Shown here: positions 1-12,910 of the stretch, piece after piece
How positions within the stretch are numbered: the stretch's first letter is position 1
Layout of the letters: each line of letters begins with the position of its first letter
DNA from: Vairimorpha necatrix
Lineage: Eukaryota
Length of the DNA stretch: 64,000 nt
Assembly (NCBI GenBank): GCA_036630325.1
Contig: CP142729.1
Coordinates: forward strand, 682,001-746,000
Direction: 5' to 3'
The notes under the pieces: model-generated
Told to the model about the DNA's origin: nothing
Databases searched by the model: none
Seen by the model: only the letters and a program-made list of their open reading frames with translations
Position numbers and translations under genes: made by a program

Positions 1-1354
1 TACAAAAGATGATATTCTTTATTAATCTTGGACTACTGTTAAGATGGCCACGTAATCACGGTACGATATATTAGAAACCTTGATAGTGTGTTTATTGACA
101 ACAAAGTTTTTGAAAGGGTATATAAAATGACAAAAATAAAAAGGAGAAGCCGTGAGAAATTTGCAATCTATTATTCCAAATGATGAAAAGAGCGTCTTAT
201 GTGATAATATTATTATGGGAAATTTAGCCAGGGTACTCATAAATTTACTTATTGAAGATGAATATAAAACTTATTTATTAAATCGTAAAATATCGTAAAT
301 TTTTTCCTTAAACTTGACCAATTAAAAGTCAAATTTCGTCATAAATATTGGACTACCGTAAACGTGACTGTTAAACCATGTTATGATGTACTACTACAAT
401 TGCTAGTTTATTCATTGATAATAGAATTGTAAAATAGTTTTCCTAAACAACAAATTTGAAATAGCAAAGTGGACAAATACATGACTATTTAATGGACATA
501 AAAAATAGTAAATATAGCACAAAAGAGATTTAAAAAAAGCTTGACCAATTAAACATAAAATACTCGCACGAATCATGGACTGCTTTCAAAGCGATAAACA
601 TGTTATTATACACTATAACACCGGATATTCTGTATATTGGAATGAAATGGTAGAAAAAATTGTTAAAAACAACAAAATTGAAGTAACATGTCGATAACAT
701 ACATGACTTTTTAATGGACTTAAAAAATAGTAAATATAGCACAAAAGAGAATTTATAAAAGCTTGACCAATGAAAAATCAAATACCCGCATGAATCACGG
801 GCTGCTGTCAAAGTGGCGATCTTATCATGTTATGATATTTTAAATACGACGGAAAATGTGTATATTGATTATAACATTGTTGAAAAAATTGTTAAAAACA
901 ACAAAATTGAAGTAACATGTCGATAGATTACATGACTTTTTAATGGACTTGAAAAATAATAAATTTAGTAGGGAAGATATTATAGTAAAACTTGATCAAT
1001 TAAGGGATAAATACCCGCATGAATCATGAACTGCTATCAAAGTGGCCTTTTGTCATGTTATGATATTTTAAATACACCGGCTAGCGTGTGATGGATAGTA
1101 ACATTGTTGAAAAAATTATCCAAAATAACAAACAGGAAAAGTTCAAAACAGAAAATAATTTAGAATCTGTAATTCCAAATGAAGAGAGGGACGCCTTATC
1201 CGATAAAATTCTTATGGGGAATTTTGCTGGCGTCCTTAAGAATCTGCTAATCGAAGATGATTTTATAAACTACTTGTTAGATCGATATCGATCAATACAA
1301 CAACATAAGCAAGTTCTTACCCCTTGTAAAAGACAACAAGGTGTATGCTTATGA
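1..1354 (+). pseudogene. Decayed internally repetitive protein gene (about 225-bp / 75-aa units), probably a lineage-specific family; 5' end outside the window
   Basis: Anchor CTTGA(C/T)CAAT recurs at 313, 540, 762 and 991. A second block (about 170-290) recurs at about 1170-1290. The + frame reads as protein-like repeats with stops; the ORF-track 1088-1354 piece is the last open part. Confidence 0.55.
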
Positions 1355-2352
1355 AGAAAAGGTTATAAGAGAATGGCCAACGAACTCAATAATATTCGGT
1401 ACCACTAAAGGGCGGGAAAACGTATTAATCGAGATGTTTGTAATCTTAATTATAGAGACAAGGAGACCTTCGCATTTGAAAAGAGGGATTGTAATTTTTT
1501 ATTGACTATTACAAGAACCGAGAATAGAACCCGCATAGCACACAAAAAAACATAACACAATAAAGGTATTATACACGACACCTTTATTGAAGTTATGCAA
1601 TGTTTTCCCTTTACATTGGGAATTTGTTCCCTGGCTGCTAAGCCCTTCGTTGGTCTTGTGCACCAAGCGTATTGTTGATTATGATATTGTCTTGTCAATA
1701 CCTGGGGTAGGGGCAAAAAATGAATAAATAGTAAATATTTGGAATAGACCGGTCGAAAAGTCTATTTTTGAAAAGTAAAAAATTACAAAATAAAAACTTA
1801 CAATTTGTAGTATTATTAGTACTACGTGATCCTCTTTTTAAAGTTTTAGACTTTAACATACATATAAGCAAAAACCGCGCTTCGTATCCCTTACGTTTGC
1901 CGTTAAAAACATTTCGTTGCTTCTTCTTATTTTTTTCAATTTTTGCATCATTCATATCAACATCCCATTGCTGTTTCAGAAGATTTTCTTTGCATGCACA
2001 AATATTATATTTGCGTTTGCTTGGGTCTTTAATTTTCTTTAAGCTCAATGGAACGCATATATGCATCAGTTCTTTTTATTTTTCTTACTGGCCGTATACG
2101 GTCTTCCGTCTCTTTTTTTTCCTAAGTGTTATTTCATATGCTTTGTGGTTTTTTGCAATTTCTGTTCTTTGTTTATTTTTATCACATAATAGAGGTTAAG
2201 CAACAAGTTTTTAGTATTATGTATGATAGCTGTTTATATGCGGTTCGTTTATAGTAAATTTGGCGTACACCCCCCCCCCTGATTTTTACATTTGCCTTGA
2301 TTATTTATTTCCTTTTCATTTATTTAAAACCTTTTGTTTAAACTTAAAAACG

Positions 2353-2600
2353 TGTGGAATTATATTTCATACTATATGTTTTATGGTGACCAAAAACGAT
2401 ACAATGTTGATAACCCTATACACATCAAGCAGTCCTCTCTGTTAGTGAACAATTCCGTAACACTAACTTCTATTGGTTTCCAAAAAATATAAATCCGAAA
2501 CTTATCTCTAAACACAATGCCTAAGAATATTAACAGCCGCACTTCTGCTCTGGTCTATGGGCCTTAACAATAAATATTATTCAACTACATTCACTTTGCT
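2353..2600 (+). mobile_element. Truncated solo LTR related to 54280-54609
   Basis: Starts TGTGG. Aligns by eye with 54280-54520 (shared gtaacactaa, ctaaacac(a/g)atgcctaagaatat, cagccgcacttc). 3' part is missing. Confidence 0.7.
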
Positions 2601-2607
2601 TTTAGAA

Positions 2608-2682
2608 GAATTTACTGAAAAGCAATTCACCGAAAGCAGTTTACTGAAAATCAATACACCGAACCAGCAATTCACCGAAAAA
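2608..2682. repeat. Five imperfect 14-16 bp tandem units (CAATTCACCGAAAG-like)
   Basis: Units: gaatttactgaaaag, caattcaccgaaag, cagtttactgaaaat, caatacaccgaaccag, caattcaccgaaaaa. Confidence 0.75.
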
Positions 2683-2749
2683 TTGACATATATATATATT
2701 TCTAATAGGAATCTTTAATTGCAAATTTTAATATATATATATATATATA

Positions 2750-5700
2750 TGTTGATGTTAGACGAATATGAGGTTTAGTTGAATTATATTTATTTTTACC
2801 CATGATTGTTATTCCAAAAAGGTATTATATTTATTTATGAAACATTGTTTCAGATTGAGACGTTTTACTGATTAGAATTACCAATCATGATATCTGGACT
2901 CTTCGCCGTCAGCACTCTTCTCTTCATCAAATAAGATATCGTCTTTTCAGTCGCGGTTACGGCAACTAAATCCTTACGATTAATGTCAAGGGGTTTCTTC
3001 TGCAAAAACTTCTTATCTGATAAGCACCCTTGCCTTTCACGGCAATAACTTCGAACTCTTCATCTTCGTATGGTAATTCGAATTTTCTCTTTAATAGTGC
3101 ATGTTTCTTCAAAAGAATCATATCTCCTATTTCTAAGTCATTAGGGTCTGACTTCTTAAGATTTCGTTCATCAACCTTTTCTCTTTTTTAATCTTCTATT
3201 TCCTTTACAATTTGCTGGTTAACATATAATTTCTCTTTCTTCTATCTTACGTATTCAATTGGATCAACAATATAGCTCGAAGTCTGTAGGGATCTCAAGT
3301 AGATTACTTGGAATCTCCAGTTCTCTACCGTATAATAACATAAATGTTAAAGCACCAAAACGTTCTATTATCCCTATCTTATATTGCATTTGAATATATG
3401 AACATACTCTGTCCCAGTTTTGTTCATGATCTACCATGGCTTTAGATATTTTATTCTATTATCGTCTTGTTTGTTCTCTCTGCAAGACCATTAGCCTGTG
3501 GACGATATGGAGATGAATGTTTAAATTTAGATCCCCATAGTTCTGCTACTAAATTTACTAATCTGTTTGTAAACTCCAAACCCTGATCACTCCTGATCGT
3601 TTTGACCGTTCCATGTCTTGAAAATACATCTTCCACTAAAAATCTAGCTATCTCTTCAGCCGATTTCTTTTTTAACGCTTTACCTTCGACCCATTTGGTA
3701 AACTGGTCGGTTGCCAGGACAATGAATTTATTTCCTGATTTGGACTTCAGAAGAGGACCGACACAGTCAATCCCTATTTCCATAAACGTTTATTCTACGT
3801 CTGTAGGATACTGCTTAAACGGTCTTTTTTTTTAAATTTCAAGCATGTTCTACACGTTCTTAACCTTTCCTTTACTTTATCTTTAGATATTCCTACCCCG
3901 GCTTGATGTATCTTTAAAAAGGGTGAAGTGTTATGGGGGCAACTATATCTCGTCAAAGAATGAGCCTCTAAGATATATTTCATAGTCTTCTGCTAATTTT
4001 CTTTTGTTAACGACTTAAATTGAACTCTTGAAAGGCAATCTTCTACAACATATTTTTCCTTTCTTGTATTCAATGGTTAAATCCATATCTGCCAAGAACA
4101 TCAACCGCCTCGCTATCATTACCTGGAGATTCTTGACTTTATAGAGCCACACAAGAGACTTTTGGTCCGTTCGAATGATAAATCTTTTATGTAAATATTT
4201 TTAACAGATTTTCACAGCATAAATAATGGGGAGAGTCTTCTTTTCGAGCGTAGATTAATTTCTCTCAGCGGGCATTAGGTTTAGACTACAAAATCTAAGA
4301 ACTACATCTTCCCGATTTTTTTTCTGTTTAAGAACACCGCCTATACAATAGTCTGAAGCATCAGATTCTATTATAAACGTTTCTTCCATATTTGAAAGTT
4401 CTAAAAGGCCGAATTCATCAATTCTAGTCGCAATTCATTTCCTTTTTCATGATTTTTATTTTCTAAAATTCTTTTTTCCGGTTGATTATTTCATTCGCGC
4501 GAACGTTTTATTCGAAAAGTTCATAAAGTAGTTTCTAAAGTAACCTATTACCCCAACAAAAGAATGTAGCTGTTTAATAGTTTCTAATTTTAGCTTGTCC
4601 TTAAATGGTCCTTCTCTTTATATCTGGAAACACTTTTCCATTCAACACTGAAAGCCCTAATAAGTCTACTCTTGTGCACAAAACACACCTTTCTCGGTAC
4701 TTATTTTCAATCCATATGCTAATGAACTTGGAGCACTTATTCCACTTCCCTGTGATGTTCTTCGTGTGTTTTACTGTATATGGTAATGTCATCCATATAA
4801 ACCACGACTTTTAAATTTATTAAATTCCTGAAAACTCCATACATGAGTCTCTGGAGGGTTGCAGGCGCGTTCGTTAATCCAAAAGGCATCTTACAATACT
4901 GAAATTTGCCTACTGGCGACATAAATTCTTAAGCTCTTCCGACTCTGGGTCCATCGGTACTTGATGATAACCCTTTTCTAGATCTAACTGTGTGAACCAT
5001 CTAGCTCCGCTCAGAGAGTTCAGACACTCTTCAATCGTTGGAGGTTGGCAAACTTCCTTCGCCGTCCGATTATTCAACTGACGATAATCTATACACATTC
5101 TTTGTCATCTTGTGCGTTTCTTTACAACTACAATAGGCGCGTTCCACCTACTCACACTTTCTTTAATTATACCATTTTTAGCCAGTTCCAGGCATTCATT
5201 AATAATAAATTCTTTCTTTTTGCCATCCATGGCATAGCTTCTCATATTTGCTATCGTCACGTTGGGAAGTAAATCAATTTTATGGGCTATTCCCAACGTG
5301 TTCCCGAGACCTTCTTCACGTCCATTCAGTCTTTTGAAGTACTCCTTTACCAATCCTAAGGAGGTGTCACACGCACTGTGCACACTTGGCTGACGTGATG
5401 TCTCTATGGGTAATTGTCTCAACTCGAGACAGTCCATATTCTTTTTTCATAATATTGTTCCTAAGGGTTACTCTCTTCTTTTGGAAATCAATCTTTCCTT
5501 CGTTTCTTGTTAGGAAGTCTCTACCTAATATTATGTCTTCACTTAAGGGACACATCACCTGGAGTGGGATCCTATACTTCTTCCCCTCAATATCCAGGAC
5601 TTCTTCTATAGTACCATAACTTGAAACTATCCCAGTTGCGGTTGTTATGGGTTCCCTTTTAACATTTTTAACTAAACTTTTGTCAATAAAAGAATGAGAT

Positions 5701-6681
5701 GCGCCTGTATCTAATAAGGCACCAACAAATTTTTTATTAAGTTTAACTTTCAAATAGACATAATCAGTTTTATTTTCTTCTTCTTCAAAAAGTTTTTTCA
5801 CCTCTTTAGTTTCTTTTGTCTGCCGACGCTTATCGCTTGGACACTTCTTTGCAACATGTGGTCCTCCACAGTTATAGCAAGCAAAGTTAATTTTAGATTC
5901 TTTTCCTTGTTTACTTGCCGATATCAAATTTTTAGATTTCACTTCTGTCGGCGATCTTCTAGGACTGTATAGTCCTTTAATTAGCTTTTCATTTTCTTTT
6001 ATGATTTTCAAAAGACTCTTCCAATCAATCGATGCTTTCACTTGTTCGAAAAGAACACTTGGGAAAAGCTCGATTAATTCAATCTTTATAGCACTAAAAT
6101 CAAGTTTAGATTTTCGGTTCTGTGCCATAATGTCAAGTATAAATTCTTCGAGGTCATTATTTCGGGGACCTGATATTAAAAGTTTGTACATCTCTTTAGT
6201 CTCATTTTTTTTTGTACTTTGGGTTTTACTGAACCTGGTTGTGAAAGCTACTTTGAATGTAGTGAAATCCGTGTACTCGATATCTTCCAAGGCTATCATC
6301 CATTTCTTTGCTTTCCCCACAACATGTGGCTTCATATACGCGAGTAGTTTTTCGCCTTTCCATTCTTCTTCCAAATAGGAAAACTGTTCAAACCATGCCT
6401 CAACTTCTATGCAATCACTACCACCAAATGATCTTATGTCTTTCCTAGAACCCACTGTTTCTAATAACGTGCTCAGCCTGTCGTTACCTGCAGGTCTATC
6501 TTCGTTGTCGCCAATGTTGACGTTAGACGAAATATGAGATTTAGTTGAATTGTATTTATTTTTACCCACGATTGTTATTCCAAAAAGGTATTTATATTTA
6601 TTTCTGAAACATTGTTTCAGACTGAGACGTTTTACTGATTAGAATTACCAATCATGATATCTGGACTATCCGCCGTCCACA
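2750..6681 (-). mobile_element. Ty3/Gypsy LTR retrotransposon, full length, pol decayed
   Basis: LTRs of about 165 bp at 6515-6681 (5') and 2750-2914 (3') with TG...CA ends. PBS TGGCGACAACGAAG at 6513-6500; PPT GAAGAGAAGAG at 2925-2915. Domain order gag, PR, RT (CIDYR, MPFGL, YMDD), RH, IN (IDCVGP, SDQG, GLAER). No clear TSD. Confidence 0.95.
5367..6569 (-). CDS. Gag-protease part of the Gypsy polyprotein; frameshift before RT
   Basis: Zinc knuckle CYNCGGPHVAKKC; aspartic protease LLDTGAS and IILGRDFL. Starts at GTG inside the 5' LTR; the 3' LTR has ATG at the same position. Confidence 0.85.
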   Translation of the reverse strand: MGKNKYNSTKSHISSNVNIGDNEDRPAGNDRLSTLLETVGSRKDIRSFGGSDCIEVEAWFEQFSYLEEEWKGEKLLAYMKPHVVGKAKKWMIALEDIEYTDFTTFKVAFTTRFSKTQSTKKNETKEMYKLLISGPRNNDLEEFILDIMAQNRKSKLDFSAIKIELIELFPSVLFEQVKASIDWKSLLKIIKENEKLIKGLYSPRRSPTEVKSKNLISASKQGKESKINFACYNCGGPHVAKKCPSDKRRQTKETKEVKKLFEEEENKTDYVYLKVKLNKKFVGALLDTGASHSFIDKSLVKNVKREPITTATGIVSSYGTIEEVLDIEGKKYRIPLQVMCPLSEDIILGRDFLTRNEGKIDFQKKRVTLRNNIMKKEYGLSRVETITHRDITSAKCAQCV

Positions 6682-6989
6682 GGTATAAATAAGATTTTAC
6701 ATATTTGTATTTAGAAGAAACAATACTAATAACACCTTCCAAAATTGTTTCTAAAATGGTTTAAATCAAAAAAAATTGCTTAAAATTAAGCAAAAGTCAT
6801 TATATTTTTTTATTAAGTATTTTTAATATCGAAAGTGGACATTATTTTTTGTCTCCTAATTGCTCAACCTCTTTCGCACTTTATTTGGGGCTTCAAAAAA
6901 AATCGTACAATCCCAAATGTGAGGCTATTAATTCTCTTTGGCCAATGTTTTGTACTTATTGTGATATATTTGTATAATTTCTACCCTCC

Positions 6990-9860
6990 CTAATATAAAT
7001 AAAGATATGGGGCGATACCGAATTGTCAGTTTACAAGTAGGGACTGTGGTCTAGAGGTCAAAAAGTTATTAAAGGAAGTTTGAAGAATTATGTACAGGTT
7101 AGAGACGGTGGAAGTAGAATTCAGTTTGTGTAAGCCAAATGTGTTTATGGGAGGAAGTGAAGAAATAAAAATTTTTATGGTAGAAAGAATCAGTAAAGAG
7201 GACGAATATTATAAAATAATTGAGAAATTAGAGGGGGAAATGTGTAGAGAAGAAAACAGGAGAGAACTTCTTGAGGCTATAACTGAGAATGTTAGAGAAA
7301 TCATAAGAAAAAAAATGCAAGAGAAAGATTTAGTTTTGAGGAATCCAGTACAAGAAATAAGAAGAAGTAGGAATTGTTTTAATTGTTGGAAATTTGGCCA
7401 TATGGCTAGGAACTGCAATCTAGGAAGGAACAATAATTAGGAAAATGATAAAAAGTCTAATTCGTAATTAAAGATAGACGGAAGTCAAAGTTATAATAGC
7501 AGTGATGATAATTAAGGATATAAACCAAATGGAAAAACAAAACGAGTTAAGTTAAAGGCATATAATAATGGTGATAGAAGAAAGTTAGAAAAAATATATG
7601 CGTCAATAAAGAGACAAAAAAAGATTACTAAAGAAGGAATTTACGGTGAAAGACCTTAAAGCGAAATATGAAGAAGTGGTAAACAAGGATATAAGGTTAT
7701 AGGTTATTGTACATTAGAAAAAGTGTAAGATAGACACACCAGAGGGTAAGAGGATAGTCCTAGAGGGACAGACGATCTCACGGGCCTTAATTCAAACAGA
7801 CAGAGGAATTTATTAATGATTTAAAAAATAGAAAGATTATTAGAAGATCGTCATCGGAATGGAGAAATATAATAAGAGCGATACTTAAACCAAGTGATGA
7901 AATAAGAGTAGCTAGTAACTTTATAGGGTTGAATGATTTAATCGAGAAAGGCCCATATGAACTATCGAATATGAGAGAGATTATTGAGCTACGCAAGGGT
8001 CGATAATATTTACTGTTGTTGATTGCAAAGAAGCATTTTACATTTTGAAATCGAAGAAAAAGATAAACATAAGTCGGCCTTTGAATTAAATAAGAAAGTT
8101 TACGAATGGAATAGTATGGTGATGGGATACAAAAATTCCCCACAGATACTACAGCGAACGATGAACGATTTTTGAGGATTTGCGAGGAAATGGTGTTGAG
8201 GTATACATAGATGAATAGTATAACATGCCAAAAATAAATGTAAAAACGATGAACTAGTACTAGAGGTTTTAGAAAGAATTAAGAGAAATAAATGAAATTA
8301 AATAAGGGATAATACGGTTAAGACGGCTGGCAGTAAATTTATTAGGATGACGTTAAATGGAACAGATATTAGGCCGAGGAAATAGAGAAAATTAATGCCT
8401 TAGGTGTCCAGAACCGAAATTTGACGGTATGAATGAGGTGTCTGGGATTAACTGAGTGGTTCGGACCATTTATGATAGATTATGCAAGATTGATGTTGAA
8501 AATGACAGATAGTTTGAAAGAAAAATAGAAATTCGTGGAAATGGACGAAAGTGATGAAAGAAGAATTTATGAAATAAATTCGTTAAAAAAATGTGAATAC
8601 TATGATTGCCGGACTAATATAAAAAGTTTATCCTAATAATAGATGCTAGCAACTTATTTATAATGCGGTATTACTTTATAAGAATGGAGAATGGGTTACT
8701 ATACAATGGGCGTCTAAAAAGATAACACCAATTGAAGTAAGATATGGTATTTCAGAAAAGGAAATGCTTGTGATATATTGGTGCATTGATAAGTTTTAAA
8801 CAAAGAAAATAGGTAGGAAATTCAAGATAGAAATTGATCACAAAGCACTAGTGAAAAAAGAAAACAAACAATTTTTTAATAATAACAGAATAAATCGCTC
8901 AATCGAGAAGACACAGAAATATGATTTTAGCGTTGAATATAAAAAACCAGATGAGATGGTGGTAGCAGATGCGTTGAGTTGAATAAATTTGAAGAGGATA
9001 TTAAACAAATGAAGAATAAAGGGCGATCGACAAGCAAATAGAGGGTAAATGGAAAGTACATGTTTCTGTCACCAATGGAAAGCAATATTAGAAATTTGAT
9101 TCCGGACGTAAAGTTGTTATCACTGGAGAATATTAGGAGACACTTAATTTAAAAACATCATGAGAAAGAGGCCACAGATGTATGACAAGTGTTTATTATG
9201 CAATGGGAGAAGAATACTATTGGTCAGGAGTCAAGAAAGAAATAAACGAGGTTATTAAACAGTGCCGGAAATTTCAAATATATAACCTGAAAAAATATGG
9301 ATGGTTGAGAATTTGTAGATACGTCGAGATATTTAAAAGAATTTCATTTGACTTGATAGACTTTAGAAATGAGAAGAAATATGTTTTAGTTGCTATTAAT
9401 TATTTAACACGTAGAGTATGGGGAATAGTTATAAATACCAAGTCAAGTAATAAAATTGTTGGATTTTTTGAGAAAATTATGTGAGGAAGAATGAAACAAA
9501 GAGAAATTATTACAGATAACGGCAAAGACTCTATTAGCGTGGAATTTAGAAATTTTTGAAGAGATCTAAATATAATACACCGACAAGAAGTTATAAAGCG
9601 AATAGAAGCAACGGAAGAGTAAAGCGCGTTATAGAAACTTTGAGCGAAAATATTTTAATTTCGGATTCGGGAACTTTTGAAGGTAAATTGTATAAAAGTA
9701 GCGATATATTTAATCGGAGCTTTTATACAGAGAAATGTACACCAAAAGAAGCGACCGAAGATAAAACTGGAGGCGTAATGCTTGAAAATAGCCCTATAGG
9801 AAAATATTACCTTAGGTTTAGAAAATGAAAGATCAAAAAAATTAGTAAAAGTTAATTGGT
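6990..9860 (+). mobile_element. Decayed Ty3/Gypsy element
   Basis: Gag knuckle CFNCWKFGHMARNC (7090-7440). RT remnants about 7800-8300, RNase H remnants (DAS, EKE, DHKAL, ADALS) about 8640-8980, integrase remnants 9182-9828 (FDLID, TDNG, SNGRV). Many stops and frameshifts; ends approximate. Confidence 0.85.
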
Positions 9861-10699
9861 AAGAATAGCTGCCCTGTATGGTTGGGACTTTGCTATATTT
9901 AAAATAGATTTCTAAAATCTTGTTATTGTTAATATTTTTATTGTTAATGTTCTTGCTTCTTTGATGTTCCATACCTTTTTAAAGCAAAGTTCTTTTTATT
10001 TTTTATTTTTAATATAGGAATAGTTTAGCAAATTTACTAAAGTTAATGCTTTTACATTTATAAACTCTTTGCTAAAGTATTCTTTTATTTGTTTATTGGC
10101 ACATTGATCAGTCATGGAGGAGACCTTTGACAGTTGATGTTCATGACATCTGTTATTGTGTGTAGTTCATAACATCACAATAGCTAAACGAGAAAATCTG
10201 GCCGGAGTTAATAAGTATGAGAAAGAAAGATTTTTTGATTCGAGGAAATTTGTCGTAGTGTGGGAAAAATTCTTATGTAGTAAAACTTAGTAATGGTGGG
10301 CTTGTGAAGAGAGACTTTATGATCTGAGGAGTATGAATGAGATAGATGTGGAAATTCGATGCGACTAACCATCTTGAGAAGAGATGTGGCATATTTGTAT
10401 AATCTCTAACCCATTATGATAAAAAAGACTTTATTGTTTTTTAGAAGATTATTTTCTGATTCTTGGTATTGTATTTGTAAATTTCGTCTAAAAATCGAGA
10501 TTTTTAAGCACATTAGAAATTTAGTTAAACTTGGATGTAGTGATTTCAATTGTCTTTTTAATGCAGAATTAAAATCTTCTACAACATAATTTGTAAATTG
10601 TGTTCCCGTCATTATTTTATCTTTGAATCATGGATATTATACGAAATAATAAAAATATAAAGATTTGGCAGACTAAGATAAAAAAGAAAATAAAATCAA

Positions 10700-12910
10700 G
10701 AGATTTTTAATAACGAACACCAATTCTAGAACAAAATCTTAAATCGCAGCTCTATATCTATCTTTAAACATAATTTCTGCAAATAATTTTGCAATACATA
10801 TTTCTTTATGCCTTTCATTCTTTGATGTAAATTTTTGCTTAGCCTAGCCCGATTATGCATGTTGAGTATTTACTACCGTGTCAAAATATACAAAATTAAG
10901 AGAATTTTTTATTATTGATGTTTATAGCCTAATGTTTATTGTATTTTATATTGTAGGCAACCCATTCATCGCTGTGTATAATAGTCCAATCTTTACAAAA
11001 ATTTTTAATAATAGGTAACAGATTTTCGTCAGATCTATTAGTTAAGACTTTTGATACTTTTTGCAGCTATGAAGTTGTATCAACGATACCGCATACTACA
11101 CTTGATTATTTGAAACTTTACTATTATGACATTTCTGCTTGTAGCGAAATAATGATTAGCCCACATGTCATACAATTCCATTATCTTGACAGAACAGAGT
11201 TAAATAAAAGTGTTATGCAATTATTTTCGTTATTAGACTTTATTTTAGAAACTGTTTTTGCCGATAGATAGAATGACTATCGAAATCTGACATTATATTT
11301 TTATTTTTCAATCACATAATTATAAGGTACAGACGTCAGATGAACTAAATTTCAATCGTAAAAAAGAGTTGGTGCGTATAAAAAGTAGAAAAAGCTTTTA
11401 AACATTTAAAATGTTTATAATTTCGGGTTCTTTAAGATGTTACATGTATCTTAAACTTGTCGATTATGCATTTATGACGGAGGAGGGATCCGAAACACCT
11501 CAGAGGGTGTTTACTTTATTTTTTCGAACCCCAAAATTGAAGTTCAAAAAAAGGAGGAGCAAAAAGGAGACAAAAATTACTGACAACTTTAAATTTTAAA
11601 AATATAAAAAAATATATATTTGAATACAAAAATTCAATTTTAGCCCAAAGGAAACACCTCATCTTTATTAATACTTGATTTGTGAGCCTATAAATTTTTT
11701 CATAGTTTACTTTATATTTTGTTTATTTGCCCTTACTCTTAAATAAATGTCAGAAGAAAATTATAAGACGTAGAAGAAAGCATGCTTAGATGCATAGATT
11801 CATGCATATTAGGGAGATTTTGTTCAAAATGTATTGGACCTTTGAAAAAGACAAAGGGTTACCAAAATCTTCTAAGATGTAGGTTTGAAATGCCTTTAAT
11901 ATATAAAAAACCTTTTTTTCTAACAAAATTAAGTTGGTTACAAACTAGCCAAGCAACGTTTCTATTTATAAATAATACTCCTGCTAAAACGATAATTTAA
12001 ATATTATCAATAAGTAAAAAGGCGGTATATAGAACAATAAAAAAAACATTTTTAAAGACCATAAAAGCAATGAAATGATTGGTGGGCCAGACATCATAGT
12101 TGAATAGACGAATCTAAGTTCGGTAAAAGAAAAATTCAAAGAGGACATAAAGTCGATGGAGCATGGGGTTTGGGATGGTTGAAAGGACCACACATAGAAA
12201 AATAGTGTTAATAGAAGTAGACAATTAAAGGTAATTACATTAGAAAGTGTAATTCTCAAATATATTAAAGCAGAAAGCATTATATATACAGATTGTTGGA
12301 AAGGATACGCAAACCTTTCCAAGTTTGGCATATACAGACATTTTACTGTAAACCACTCCATTGGTTTTGTAGATTTGACGACAGGTGTACACACTAACCA
12401 CATCGAAGACACGTGGGCAGCTGTTACATTGGGAACCCCAGTTAGATATAGGACCAGAATACAATATTACACCTTGGTTAAACTTATTTATTTTTAAAAG
12501 AAATAATCCTAAAAATACGTTGAAAATATAATTAAAATGGCTTTTGACTTAAAAAATGAATTAAAATTAAATTATGTATTTAAAAATATATTTATTTTAT
12601 ATTTTTAATATTTAAAGTTGCTAGGAATTTTTGTCTCCTTTTTTTGAACTTCAATTTTGAGGTTCGAAAAAATAAAGTGAACATTCTCTGAGGGGGGTGG
12701 GTGGGAATCTTCAGCCTTTATGACATTACTTTTACACCTTAAACAATTAATATATAAGTTTTTCTTAAAATCTTAATTACATTTTCTCTTGCAAGCTTCT
12801 AATGTTTAGATAAGTGCCAATCTTGAAGTTCTATTTTCAATTTTTAGGGACAAAATAAAAATTGATTTTAGTGGGTATTATACGACAAAATATATCGTAT
12901 AATCCACATG
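10700..12910 (-). mobile_element. Old Merlin element related to 37717-38790, split by a younger Merlin
   Basis: Minus-strand TIIHSDEW at about 10960-10985. 12725-12850 aligns with the 5' coding part of 38600-38750. Palindromic end remnant at about 12873-12905. Left end approximate. Confidence 0.65.
11479..12716 (+). mobile_element. Merlin DNA transposon, decayed transposase
   Basis: GG...CC ends, perfect 8-bp TSD TTTATGAC (11471-11478 / 12717-12724), long imperfect TIRs. Motifs [37 protein letters not shown]. Confidence 0.9.

Noticed and set aside
1450-2445. Short hydrophobic or Lys-rich ORFs here, and antisense ORFs over TE genes throughout the window
   Set aside because: Explained by low-complexity AT-rich sequence or shadow frames; no motifs.
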